From NCBI GenBank assembly GCA_965248265.1, contig CBDFJF010000001.1, forward strand, positions 3,114,794 through 3,178,793: DNA of 64,000 bases. Direction: 5' to 3'. Positions 8,878 through 18,006 of the stretch are shown here, piece by piece. Both the position numbers and the translations under genes were made by a program. How positions within the stretch are numbered: position 1 is the first letter of the stretch; the number at the start of each line of letters is the position of its first letter. The notes below the pieces were generated by a model, which ran no database searches, had not been told where the DNA came from, and saw only the letters and a program-made list of their open reading frames with translations. The stretch comes from Candidatus Latescibacterota bacterium. Its GTDB lineage: Bacteria > Latescibacterota > UBA2968 > UBA8231.

Positions 8878-9891
8878 ATGATACAGGATGTCATTCAGCA
8901 GCTGTTGGCCGGCAACGATCTGGATCGCGACACCGCCCGGGCGGTTATGGATCAGATCATGAGCGGCAACGCCACGGACGCACAGATTGGCGGCTTCCTG
9001 ATCGCCTTGCGATGCAAGGGCGAGACGGTAGACGAAATAGCTGGATTCGCCGAAGTGATGCGGGAAAAAGCCACGCCCATCGAAGCGGGAAAGGGCACCC
9101 TGGTGGATACCTGCGGCACGGGAGGGGATGGGTCGGGGACCTTCAACATCTCAACGACAGTCGCCTTCGTTGCAGCCGGCGCCGGGTTGACGGTCGCCAA
9201 GCACGGCAACCGCGCCATGTCGAGCCAGTGTGGCTCGGCCGACGTACTGCAGGCGCTGGGTGTCAACGTGGAGGCTGGTCCCGACCAGGTGAGTAGCTGT
9301 CTGGATCAAGCCGGAATCGGGTTTCTCTTCGCCCCCATGTTACACGGGGCCATGAAGCACGCCATCGGGCCGCGCAAGGAGCTGGCAACGCGCACGGTGT
9401 TCAATGTGCTGGGACCGCTGACCAATCCAGCAGGCGCCCGCCGTCAATTGCTGGGAGTCTACGACGCCTCGTTGACGGAGAAACTGGCCGGCGTGCTCGG
9501 GGCCCTCGGATCGGAACGGGCTTTCGTCGTCCACGGCAGCGATGGACTCGACGAGATCACCTCCACTGGACCGTCCACGGTAACCGAACTGAATGAGGGG
9601 AAGCTGGATACGTATGAGGTCCAACCCTCTGATTTCGGATTCGACGTTGCCACGGCCGCGGATCTGAAGGGTGGCAGCGCCGCCGAGAACGCGAAGATTC
9701 TGTCCTCCGTACTCGATGGCGAGCGGGGAGCTGCCCGGGAAATCGTGGTCATGAACGCGGCTGCTGCGGTCGCCGCCGGAGGGTTGGCAAGCGACCTGAA
9801 GCAAGGAGCTGTGGTCGCTGCCGAGGCCATCGATTCAGGCAAAGCCAGGGCCGCCCTGGATACCTTGGTGTCCGTGAGCAATCAGAGTTAA
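8878..9891 (+). CDS. trpD: Anthranilate phosphoribosyltransferase
   Basis: DTCGTGGDG, FNIST, KHGNR, GSADVL, GPLTNP, DGLDE. ATG 8878 follows GGGGAG. Confidence 0.95.
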   Translation: MIQDVIQQLLAGNDLDRDTARAVMDQIMSGNATDAQIGGFLIALRCKGETVDEIAGFAEVMREKATPIEAGKGTLVDTCGTGGDGSGTFNISTTVAFVAAGAGLTVAKHGNRAMSSQCGSADVLQALGVNVEAGPDQVSSCLDQAGIGFLFAPMLHGAMKHAIGPRKELATRTVFNVLGPLTNPAGARRQLLGVYDASLTEKLAGVLGALGSERAFVVHGSDGLDEITSTGPSTVTELNEGKLDTYEVQPSDFGFDVATAADLKGGSAAENAKILSSVLDGERGAAREIVVMNAAAAVAAGGLASDLKQGAVVAAEAIDSGKARAALDTLVSVSNQS

Positions 9892-9912
9892 TCGATACGA
9901 CCGTCATCCGAC

Positions 9913-10692
9913 ATGGCCAACATCCTGGAAGAGATCGCCGCCTACAAGCGCGACTTCGTACGGCAGTGCAAATCACGCCGCTCCATGGCCGACATGCGTT
10001 CGGCCTCTGGCGATGCGCCTCCTCCGGAGGACTTCAGTGCCGCGCTGCAGGGGGACGGCATGGCCGTCATCGCCGAAATCAAGAAAGCCTCACCGTCCAA
10101 GGGCATAATCCGGGAGGATTTCGACCCTGAGCGCATCGCCGCCAGCTACTCCGAGAACGGAGCCTCGGCGCTTTCCGTGCTCACGGACCAGGCGTATTTT
10201 CAGGGGCACGATGACTATCTGATCAGCGCCCGCCGCATAGCCGAGTTACCGGTCCTGCGAAAGGACTTCACCATCGATCCATACCAGATCTACGAGGCGC
10301 GGGTGATCGGGGCGGATGCGATCCTGTTGATCGTCGCCCTCATGGACGGGCAGCAGTTGGAGGACCTGATCGGTCTGAGCGGGGAGTTGGGGATGGCGGC
10401 GTTGGTCGAGGTGCACGATGACGGTGAACTGCAGCAAAGCCTGGCCAGTACGGCAGATCTGATCGGCATCAACAACCGGGATCTGCGCACGTTCGAGACC
10501 ACATTGGAAACCACGTTCGCTTTGCGTCCGGCGATTCCGGATGGCGTTACGGTCGTGAGTGAGAGTGGTATCAACAGCAGCGATGATGTCGAGCGCCTGG
10601 CCGAGGTTGGTATCGACGCCGTCCTCGTCGGCGAAGCTATGATGCGCGAACCCGATCCAGGGGCCAAGCTGCGCGAATTGCTGGGAGCGTGA
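9913..10692 (+). CDS. trpC: Indole-3-glycerol phosphate synthase
   Basis: IAEIKKASPSKG, SVLTD, LRKDF, GADAILLI, GINNRDL, VSESGI, LVGE. Confidence 0.95.
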   Translation: MANILEEIAAYKRDFVRQCKSRRSMADMRSASGDAPPPEDFSAALQGDGMAVIAEIKKASPSKGIIREDFDPERIAASYSENGASALSVLTDQAYFQGHDDYLISARRIAELPVLRKDFTIDPYQIYEARVIGADAILLIVALMDGQQLEDLIGLSGELGMAALVEVHDDGELQQSLASTADLIGINNRDLRTFETTLETTFALRPAIPDGVTVVSESGINSSDDVERLAEVGIDAVLVGEAMMREPDPGAKLRELLGA

Positions 10693-10716
10693 AGTGAGAA
10701 GAAAGAAATTGATTCA

Positions 10717-11700
10717 GTGAAAAAACGCGTGTTCTCCGGCATGCAACCCTCTGGGGAGCTGCATCTGGGCAACTACCTCGGCGCCCTGCGCAACTGGGTC
10801 GAAGAGCAGGAGGAGAACGAAAACATCTTCTGCGTCGTGGACCAGCATGCTATAACTGCAGACTACGATCCGGATCAGTTGCGTACCTCTGTGCGGCAAC
10901 TCGTCGGTCTTTATCTGGCGGCCGGCCTGGACCCGGAAAAGACGACCTTGTTCGTGCAGTCGCATATGCCCGAGCACACTGAACTGGCCTGGCTGCTCAA
11001 CTGCGTTACGCCGATGGGTTGGCTTCAACGCATGACCCAGTTCAAGGACAAGTCCGAAGGTCAACGGGAGCGGGTCAGCACCGGACTGTTTACCTATCCG
11101 GTATTGATGGCAGCGGATATCCTGCTGTACCAGGCGGACGGGGTGCCCGTGGGTGAGGACCAGAAGCAACACGTCGAGATTGCCCGAGATATCGCCCAAC
11201 GATTCAACAATCAATACGGCGACACCTTCACCGTGCCCGAGCCGATGATCAGGGGCATCGGTGCCCGAGTTATGGGGTTGGATGATCCCACCCGCAAGAT
11301 GTCAAAGTCCGAGGAGGGCCGGTATCACAGTATTGGCTTGCTGGACGATCCCAAGGTCATCCGCAAGAAGTTCGGCCGCGCCGTCACCGACTCACAGAAG
11401 GAAATCTGTTTTGACCCTGCTCGGCCCGGGGTCCACAACCTGCTCACCATCTACCAGGCGTTAACTGGTGACGGGGCAGAAGCGATCGAGGCCCGTTTCG
11501 AGGGCAAGGGATACGGCGATCTGAAAGGGGCGCTCGCGGACCTCGTGATCGCAGACTTGGAGCCCCTGCAGGCACGCTACAATGAGATCGAAGCGGATCC
11601 CGGGTACATCGATCAGGTTCTCAGCGACGGCGCGGACAAGCTGAAACCCACGGTGACCGCCACCATGGACAAAGTCCGCCAGGTTATGGGCCTGCGTTAG
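10717..11700 (+). CDS. trpS: Tryptophan--tRNA ligase
   Basis: SGMQPSG.LHLGNY (HIGH motif), YPVLMAADIL, VPVGEDQKQH, KMSKS. Confidence 0.95.
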   Translation: MKKRVFSGMQPSGELHLGNYLGALRNWVEEQEENENIFCVVDQHAITADYDPDQLRTSVRQLVGLYLAAGLDPEKTTLFVQSHMPEHTELAWLLNCVTPMGWLQRMTQFKDKSEGQRERVSTGLFTYPVLMAADILLYQADGVPVGEDQKQHVEIARDIAQRFNNQYGDTFTVPEPMIRGIGARVMGLDDPTRKMSKSEEGRYHSIGLLDDPKVIRKKFGRAVTDSQKEICFDPARPGVHNLLTIYQALTGDGAEAIEARFEGKGYGDLKGALADLVIADLEPLQARYNEIEADPGYIDQVLSDGADKLKPTVTATMDKVRQVMGLR

Positions 11701-11726
11701 GGCGGCACTCCGAGGCGAAATAGCGA

Positions 11727-11999
11727 ATGGATATCAGTGACTGGCGCGCGCGCATCGACACCGTGGATCGCATTCTCGTAGACCTGATCAACCGACGCAT
11801 GGAGTACGCGTTGGAAATCGGCAAGATCAAAGGAGATCAAGGCCAACCGGTCAGAGACGCGGAGCGCGAACGCAGGGTATTGGCGACACTCAAACAGCAC
11901 AACAAAGGCCCGGCCAGCGACGGGGCACTTGACGACATCTTTCAGCGTCTGATGGAAGAGGCGCGCCATCTCGAGGGCCCATCCACGGATGGAGAATGA
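11727..11999 (+). CDS. Chorismate mutase, AroQ type
   Basis: WRARIDTVD..LVDLINRR...IGKIK.....VRDAERE is the CM_2 pattern; it lies next to tyrA. Confidence 0.85.
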   Translation: MDISDWRARIDTVDRILVDLINRRMEYALEIGKIKGDQGQPVRDAERERRVLATLKQHNKGPASDGALDDIFQRLMEEARHLEGPSTDGE

Positions 12000-12026
12000 A
12001 CACCGCCGTGCACACTACCGAATAAC

Positions 12027-12058
12027 TGCGCGAATTGAAATGCGCGAATTGAAATGCG
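12027..12058. repeat. 14-bp tandem duplication TGCGCGAATTGAAA x2 plus TGCG
   Basis: Exact copies at 12027-12040 and 12041-12054. Confidence 0.85.
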
Positions 12059-12076
12059 GTCAAACGCGGGAGCAGG

Positions 12077-13180
12077 GCGTTCTTTAATCGAGTAGCAGTC
12101 ATAGGGGTCGGGCTGATCGGCGGGTCGCTCGGTTTGGCCTTGAAAAGAACCGGTTTCACTGGCCAGGTTGTTGGCGTAAGCCGGGCAGAGACCATCTCAC
12201 AGGCACTCGATCTGGGTGTCATCGACGAGGGGTACTCCTATGAGGAGTTGCCGGCGGCGCTGTCCGGGGCCGACCTGGTATTTCTGTGCACGCCGATCGA
12301 ACGCATTCTCGAGTTGTTGCCGCAGGTCATGTCGAACGTCATGCCGGGCACAGTGGTGACGGATGTCGGCAGCACCAAGCGGATGATCGTGGCGGAGGCA
12401 GCTCGTTGCAGTCGCGATGGGGTTCATTTCGTGGGCGGCCATCCCATGGCCGGTTCGGAGAAGGCAGGCGTGACGGCTGCTGACCCGTTCCTGTTCCAGA
12501 ACGCAATCTACATTCTGGTGCCCGATGAGGGGGAGGTGCCAGACGACAAGCACAATGCCCTGGTGGAGCTGGTGCGCACGCTGGGAGCCAAGGTCTTCCA
12601 GCTGTCGGTGGATGACCACGACGAAGTGGTCGCAGCGGTCTCGCACCTGCCTCAGATGATGGCGACGACCCTGGTGGAGATGGTTGGGGAGATGAACGAA
12701 GAGGGTGAGGGCCGGTTCCTGCCGCTTGCCGCGGGAGGGTTCAGGGACCTCACGCGCATAGCCTCGAGTCCGTTCTCGCCCGTATGGGCAGACATCTGTG
12801 CCACCAATCGAGACCGGATTGTCGATACCATCGATCGCTACATCGACAAGCTGCGCTCGATTCGCGACAAGGTCGGCGACGCCGCTCTCGGAGATGATTT
12901 CGCGTACGCGAACTCGGTGCGCGACCGGATTCCTCGCGATGCCAAGGGCTTTCTCCACACCTTGTTCGAGATTCTGGTAGTGGCGGAGGACAAACCCGGA
13001 GTGATCGCGGAGATCGCCTCGGTGTTGTCTGACGAAGGTGTCAACATAAACGACATCGAGGTAGTCAAAGTGCGTGAGGGCGAGGGTGGCACATTGCGGC
13101 TCGGCTTCGACAGTGACGAAGCGGCGAAGCAGGCCCTTGCATTGCTGCCGAAACTGGGATACCAGGCACGACGGCCCTGA
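12077..13180 (+). CDS. tyrA: Prephenate/arogenate dehydrogenase with C-terminal ACT domain (start codon unresolved)
   Basis: In-frame FFNRVAVIGVGLIGGS lies upstream of the ORF-track start 12134. Also TDVGSTK, GGHPMAGSE, SHLPQ, GFRDLTRIASS, and the ACT motif DKPGVIA. Confidence 0.9.
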   Translation, partial: AFFNRVAVIGVGLIGGSLGLALKRTGFTGQVVGVSRAETISQALDLGVIDEGYSYEELPAALSGADLVFLCTPIERILELLPQVMSNVMPGTVVTDVGSTKRMIVAEAARCSRDGVHFVGGHPMAGSEKAGVTAADPFLFQNAIYILVPDEGEVPDDKHNALVELVRTLGAKVFQLSVDDHDEVVAAVSHLPQMMATTLVEMVGEMNEEGEGRFLPLAAGGFRDLTRIASSPFSPVWADICATNRDRIVDTIDRYIDKLRSIRDKVGDAALGDDFAYANSVRDRIPRDAKGFLHTLFEILVVAEDKPGVIAEIASVLSDEGVNINDIEVVKVREGEGGTLRLGFDSDEAAKQALALLPKLGYQARRP

Positions 13181-13245
13181 ACGGGAAGCCATGGCAGCGA
13201 TCAAATGGCAGTGATGAATGAGATGGCAATAACCGGGTTATCGAG

Positions 13246-14532
13246 ATGGAACAGACGCTGACGCCAGCGCGAAAGCTTTCGGGCGAGATCACGGTACCCG
13301 GAGAATTCGACATGGCCGCGGAAGCCCTCGTCCTGGCGAGTCTTTCTCCCGAGGAGAGCCGTATCGCCAATGTGCCCGTGTCCATCGATCCCGTCGTCGA
13401 TGTCGTGCGTCGGCTCGGTGCACAAATCGAGAGCACTGATTCGTCTCTACAAGTAAAAGGGACCGGGTTGGGCCAGTGGTCAGCGCCGTTGGCAACCGTT
13501 GATTTGAGCGCCTGTGGTGAGGCCGCACTGCCCCTGATGGCAGTGCTGGCAGGCCACGCCTTTGTCGCCAGCGCAAGGGTCGATTCGGACAGCGTTGAGT
13601 TGGCACGCCGACTGCTAGAGCTGCTGTCCCCCATGGGGGTGACCGCATCGGAGGAATCAGAGGGGGTGTTTCGGTTCGATGGTGATCGACCCTTGCGAGG
13701 TGCCGAGTACGAGAATGAGGAAATTCCCCGGATCGTCAAACTCTCGCTCCTGATCGCGGCGATGTCGGCTGAGGGCAGGACTATTGTACGAGAACCTGTC
13801 TCTTCTCGAGACAAGGCGGATCACTTGTTGAGGGCTCGCGGTGTCGACATCCAGGGCACAAGGGGTGTCGATCGCTCGGAGCGTTGCCTGGGATTGGAGG
13901 GCGGGCAGTCAATTGGTGCCGCGCAACTGGAGGTGTCTGGCCAGCTCAACCTGGCCATGCCGATTCTGACCGCGGCTACGGCGCTGAGAGGATCCAAGGT
14001 CACGATCAAGAATGTGGACCTGCGCACCGGTAAACGGCTCTTTCTCGATCTGGCGCGACAGATCGGTGCCGACGTCGAAGTCCAGGATGAGGGTTCTGTC
14101 TGCGACCTGTTGGTGAAGGGTGGGGGGACGATCAAGGCAACGCGGGTAGCCGAAAAGCGGGCGGAGCACCTGTTGGACCATGTGGCATTGCTGGCCGTGC
14201 TGGCGACGCAAACGGAGGGAGCCTTCGTTATCCGTGATGTCTCAACCCTGCGTCGTGTCCATGGGTTCGACTACATGGCTCACCTGGTTGCTGCCCTTCG
14301 AAGCATGGGCGCCAAGGTCGGCGAGTACCCCGAGGGCATCGTGGTAGAGGGAGGGCACGTTCTTAAGGGGGTGGCCCTGGACAGCAACGGCGATCCCGGT
14401 TTCGTCCAGGCCTTTTCGGTAGCCGCCCTGCTGGCACAAGGTGAGACCGTCATTCACGGGACGGAGTGCCTGGATGGTGTTTTTCCTGGTTTTTTCGACA
14501 CGCTGAATTCTCTGAAGGGAGGAAAGCGATGA
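13246..14532 (+). CDS. Highly degenerate EPSP synthase (AroA)-fold protein, catalytic motifs lost
   Basis: Colinear with class II AroA (LSGEITVPG, EG.TIVREPVSSRD, L.SMGA, GET.I.G.E, FPGFF) and located after tyrA. The KS, GNSGT, SAQ, DE, KESDR and DHR motifs are all replaced. Confidence 0.8.
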   Translation: MEQTLTPARKLSGEITVPGEFDMAAEALVLASLSPEESRIANVPVSIDPVVDVVRRLGAQIESTDSSLQVKGTGLGQWSAPLATVDLSACGEAALPLMAVLAGHAFVASARVDSDSVELARRLLELLSPMGVTASEESEGVFRFDGDRPLRGAEYENEEIPRIVKLSLLIAAMSAEGRTIVREPVSSRDKADHLLRARGVDIQGTRGVDRSERCLGLEGGQSIGAAQLEVSGQLNLAMPILTAATALRGSKVTIKNVDLRTGKRLFLDLARQIGADVEVQDEGSVCDLLVKGGGTIKATRVAEKRAEHLLDHVALLAVLATQTEGAFVIRDVSTLRRVHGFDYMAHLVAALRSMGAKVGEYPEGIVVEGGHVLKGVALDSNGDPGFVQAFSVAALLAQGETVIHGTECLDGVFPGFFDTLNSLKGGKR

Positions 14533-14669
14533 GGTCCTTATTTCGCTTGTTCGCACTGATGGCCATCGTCTTCGCGGGAGGGGTCATTCTGATCAAGCTG
14601 CTGTACAGCGTCTCCTGGGGAGAGAGTCTGGAGATCGCCGATCAATTCGCCGAAGACCTGCTGGCTTGA
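14529..14669 (+). CDS. Small single-pass membrane protein (46 aa)
   Basis: ATGA overlap with the upstream stop and TTGA overlap with the aroE start. GGAGG SD. Hydrophobic segment LFALMAIVFAGGVILIKLLY. Confidence 0.65.
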   Translation: MRSLFRLFALMAIVFAGGVILIKLLYSVSWGESLEIADQFAEDLLA

Positions 14670-15508
14670 TCAGCGGAGAAACCAAGGTTCTCGGGGTGAT
14701 CGGAGATCCCGTCGGACATAGCTCGTCGCCGGCAATGCACAACGCCGCCATTCACGCGCTCGGCCTGGACTACGTGTACGTGGCTTTTCACGTACCGGCG
14801 GGACATGTGGCCGAAGTCGGCCGTGCTATGCGCGCCTTGCAGATAACGGGTCTCAACGTGACGGTTCCACACAAGGAAACCATCATGGCCGAGTTGGATG
14901 AAATTGCCGATGAGGCCACCGCGATCGGTGCCGTCAATACCATTCAGAACGATCAGGGTCGCCTCACCGGCCACAACACCGACGCTCACGGCATCATCAC
15001 GTCTCTGGCCGTCGATGGTGGTCTCGAGCGGTTGCCGTCGCAAGTCGTCCTGCTGGGTGCTGGGGGCGCTGCAAGGGCCATCCTCTACGCGCTGCTGCAC
15101 CGGGATGAAGTTGAAAGTATCTCGCTTCTGAACCGCACGGTGACCCGTGCCGAGCAGCTCGCCGCCCAACTGGATCCCCAAGCGGACAAAGTAACTGTGG
15201 GTACCCTGGCTGAATGCGGCTGTGTGCGTGAGGCCGGCCTGCTGATCAACGCTACTTCCATCGGTATGCAACCGGACGCGGCGCATTCGCCTGTGGCGGA
15301 TCCCGGCTGCCTGCATGGAGACCTCGTCGTCCTCGACATCGTTTACCGGCCCCTGAGCACGTTGTTGTTGCAGCAGGCGAAGGAGGCGGGTGCGCGCACG
15401 GTAGACGGCCTGGGAATGCTGGTACACCAGGGGGCTCGGGCGTTTGAATTGTGGACGGGCCAGCAGGCTCCCGTTGACGTGATGAGACAGGCCATCACGC
15501 CCAACTGA
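14666..15508 (+). CDS. aroE: Shikimate dehydrogenase
   Basis: GDPVGHSSSPAMHN, NVTVPHK, GAVNT, GHNTD, GAGGAARA, INATSIGM, DGLGMLVHQG. Confidence 0.95.
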   Translation: MISGETKVLGVIGDPVGHSSSPAMHNAAIHALGLDYVYVAFHVPAGHVAEVGRAMRALQITGLNVTVPHKETIMAELDEIADEATAIGAVNTIQNDQGRLTGHNTDAHGIITSLAVDGGLERLPSQVVLLGAGGAARAILYALLHRDEVESISLLNRTVTRAEQLAAQLDPQADKVTVGTLAECGCVREAGLLINATSIGMQPDAAHSPVADPGCLHGDLVVLDIVYRPLSTLLLQQAKEAGARTVDGLGMLVHQGARAFELWTGQQAPVDVMRQAITPN

Positions 15509-17235
15509 TGAACCCTTTCGTCGAAGAAATCGTCCAGAGAGCGGTCTCTGCCACGGGGCTGTCGGAAGACGCCGTACGGATCCTGGTCGCGGTGCCGCCG
15601 GACGAGAGTCTTGGGGACTACGCCATTCCCTGTTTCACCCTGGCAAAAGAGCGCAAACAGAATCCGGTGGCCATAGCTGGAGACATCGCTCGTATGATCA
15701 GCGATGGCATCGACGCGGATGGCAACGAACCAAGTCACATCGCCCGGGTTCAGGCGGCCGGGCCGTACGTGAATTTCACCCTCGACCGCGTGCGCTTCAT
15801 CGCCCATGTGCTGGATGAAATTTCCGACCAGGGTGTGAAGTACGGTTCACGCAACCAAGGGCAAGGCAAGACCCTCGCCATCGATTTTTCGTCACCGAAT
15901 CTGGCGCGACCTTTCAGCATCGCGCATCTGAGATCGACGGCCATCGGCAACGCCATCTATCGCCTGCATCAGTTCGCCGGGTGGCGTTGTGTCGGCATCA
16001 ATCATCTGGGTGACTATGGCGCCAACTTCGGACAATTGCTGGCAGCCTATCGCTTGTGGGCGGACGAAGACGCGGTGCGGGCGAACCCGATCCCTGAGCT
16101 GCTGGCCCTCTACGTTCGCTTCAACGAAGAGGCGAAGGACAATCCCGACCTGACCGAACAGGCCCGATCCTGCCTGCGTGCCCTGGCTGAAGGGGACGAA
16201 GAGATGGTCGGGCTGTGGCGCTATTTCATCGAGGAGGGTACCAAGGAAGCCGAGCGCATCTACGGCATCCTGGATGTTCACTTCGACGAAGTTCTCGGAG
16301 AGAGTTTCTTCGCCGACAAGCTGGACGACGTAGTGGCGCTGTTCCAGGACGCGGGCCTGGCGGAAGAAAGTGAGGGTGCCCTCATCGTACGCCTCGATAA
16401 CGATGAGGACATGGCTCCCTGCATGTTGCGCACGAGCAACAACACCAGCACCTACCACAGTCGCGATATCGCCGCCTTGCTGTACCGGCACGAGCAGTAC
16501 GACTTCGACAAGATGGTCTACGTCACTGACATGCGTCAGAGCTTGCATTTTCGCCAGTTGTTCAAGGCGGTCAAGCTGCTTGGGTTGGAGTGGTCCTCGC
16601 AGTGCGTGCACGCACCGTTCGGAATGATGAGCTTCAAGGGAGCGGCGATAGCGACCCGCAAAGGCAATATCGTTTTCCTGGAAGAGGTGCTGGATAGGGC
16701 GGTGCAGCTGACTGCCGACATCATCGCCGAGAAGAATCCGGATCTCGAAGATCGCGACCAGATCGCCAACCAGGTAGGCATCAGCGCCGTCATCTTCACC
16801 GACGTCAACAACCGCCGCACGCGAGACATATCTTTTGATCTGGACGAGGTTCTCAACTTCGATGGCGAAACCGGTCCCTACGTGCAATACACCCATGCCC
16901 GGTTCTGCAGCATTCTGCGCAAGCATGGCGCACCTGTTGCCGCTGATGCTGACTTGTCCTGTTTGGGCGAGATCGCAGAAATGAGGGTGGCGAGACAACT
17001 GTCTGAGTTTCCGGACTCGGTTGAACGGGCCTGCGAGGAGAATGAACCCTCCTACATCGCCGCGTACCTGATCGACCTGGCGACCGTGGCCAACCGTTTC
17101 TACAACGAGTTGCCTGTTCTGGTGGCGGCTGACGATCAGCTGACAGCTGCCCGTGTCCGGCTCGTGGACTGCGTCGGCCAGGTCCTGCGCAGCGGCCTGT
17201 CCCTTCTGGGTATGAAGGCTCCCAAACAGATGTAG
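15508..17235 (+). CDS. argS: Arginine--tRNA ligase
   Basis: GPYVNF, DFSSPNLA..HLRSTAIG, NHLGDYG, GETGPYVQYTHAR, C-terminal DALR domain ending PKQM. Confidence 0.95.
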   Translation: MNPFVEEIVQRAVSATGLSEDAVRILVAVPPDESLGDYAIPCFTLAKERKQNPVAIAGDIARMISDGIDADGNEPSHIARVQAAGPYVNFTLDRVRFIAHVLDEISDQGVKYGSRNQGQGKTLAIDFSSPNLARPFSIAHLRSTAIGNAIYRLHQFAGWRCVGINHLGDYGANFGQLLAAYRLWADEDAVRANPIPELLALYVRFNEEAKDNPDLTEQARSCLRALAEGDEEMVGLWRYFIEEGTKEAERIYGILDVHFDEVLGESFFADKLDDVVALFQDAGLAEESEGALIVRLDNDEDMAPCMLRTSNNTSTYHSRDIAALLYRHEQYDFDKMVYVTDMRQSLHFRQLFKAVKLLGLEWSSQCVHAPFGMMSFKGAAIATRKGNIVFLEEVLDRAVQLTADIIAEKNPDLEDRDQIANQVGISAVIFTDVNNRRTRDISFDLDEVLNFDGETGPYVQYTHARFCSILRKHGAPVAADADLSCLGEIAEMRVARQLSEFPDSVERACEENEPSYIAAYLIDLATVANRFYNELPVLVAADDQLTAARVRLVDCVGQVLRSGLSLLGMKAPKQM

Positions 17236-17281
17236 CCGAGGGCTCCCAAACACCGGGAGCCTTAAAGAAGAATCGAGGACC

Positions 17282-17473
17282 ATGGACAAGAAAGAGTTGG
17301 TGTGTGATACCTGCGGCAAGGTGGCCGAGTTTCTTCGGCGCGATGTCGTCGATGGCGGATACAATGCGATGATGAAAACACCGCTGTGGAACTGTGAGGA
17401 TTGCTACCAGATCAAGCGGGCCAGCAGGACAACGGCATCCGGTTCGGACGCGGCGACACCGCCACAGACATGA
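17282..17473 (+). CDS. Small putative zinc-ribbon protein (63 aa)
   Basis: CDTC...CEDC. GAGGA SD. ATGA overlap with aroK. Confidence 0.7.
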   Translation: MDKKELVCDTCGKVAEFLRRDVVDGGYNAMMKTPLWNCEDCYQIKRASRTTASGSDAATPPQT

Positions 17474-18006
17474 GAGGCCCGGTATTCCTCACCGGGTTCA
17501 TGGCCACCGGTAAGACCAAGATCGGACGCCTCCTGGCGGGACTTCTGGGGTGGTCATTCATGGACACGGATGCTATGGTCATCGAGCGAGCCGGCAAGAG
17601 CATTTCCGAGATCTTCTCCGCTGACGGCGAAGCCGCTTTTCGAGCCCTCGAACACGCCAGCGTGCTGGAGGCCTGCGGAGTCCCGCATTCAGTGGTCGCG
17701 CTGGGTGGCGGTGCGATCATGGAGGAAGGCAACCGCAAGGCGATCGTTGCTTCCGGCGGCACCCTGGTCTGTCTGCAAGCGGATGTCGACACCATCGTCG
17801 AGCGTATATCCCGCAAAGACAACCGGCCGTTGCTGGCTGGCTTGAGCCGCGCACAGAAACGCGCGAAGATCGAGCTCATGCTGGCAGAGCGGGCACCTCA
17901 CTACGCGGCGGCTGACGTCACCTTCCGATCCTCGGAGAATCGCGACGCCACCGTGGCGGCGCGTCGACTGCTGGCGCAACTGGAGAGTCATGAATGCACC
18001 GCGTAG
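17470..18006 (+). CDS. aroK: Shikimate kinase
   Basis: LTGFMATGKT, DTD, GEAAFRALE, ALGGG, RPLL. ATG at 17470. Confidence 0.92.
   Translation: MRGPVFLTGFMATGKTKIGRLLAGLLGWSFMDTDAMVIERAGKSISEIFSADGEAAFRALEHASVLEACGVPHSVVALGGGAIMEEGNRKAIVASGGTLVCLQADVDTIVERISRKDNRPLLAGLSRAQKRAKIELMLAERAPHYAAADVTFRSSENRDATVAARRLLAQLESHECTA

Noticed and set aside
15892-17364. 490-aa antisense ORF (likewise 12197-13204, 32432-33595, 48590-49702, 2141-3034)
   Set aside because: These are shadow ORFs opposite well-supported genes (argS, tyrA, manB, capsid, GT2).
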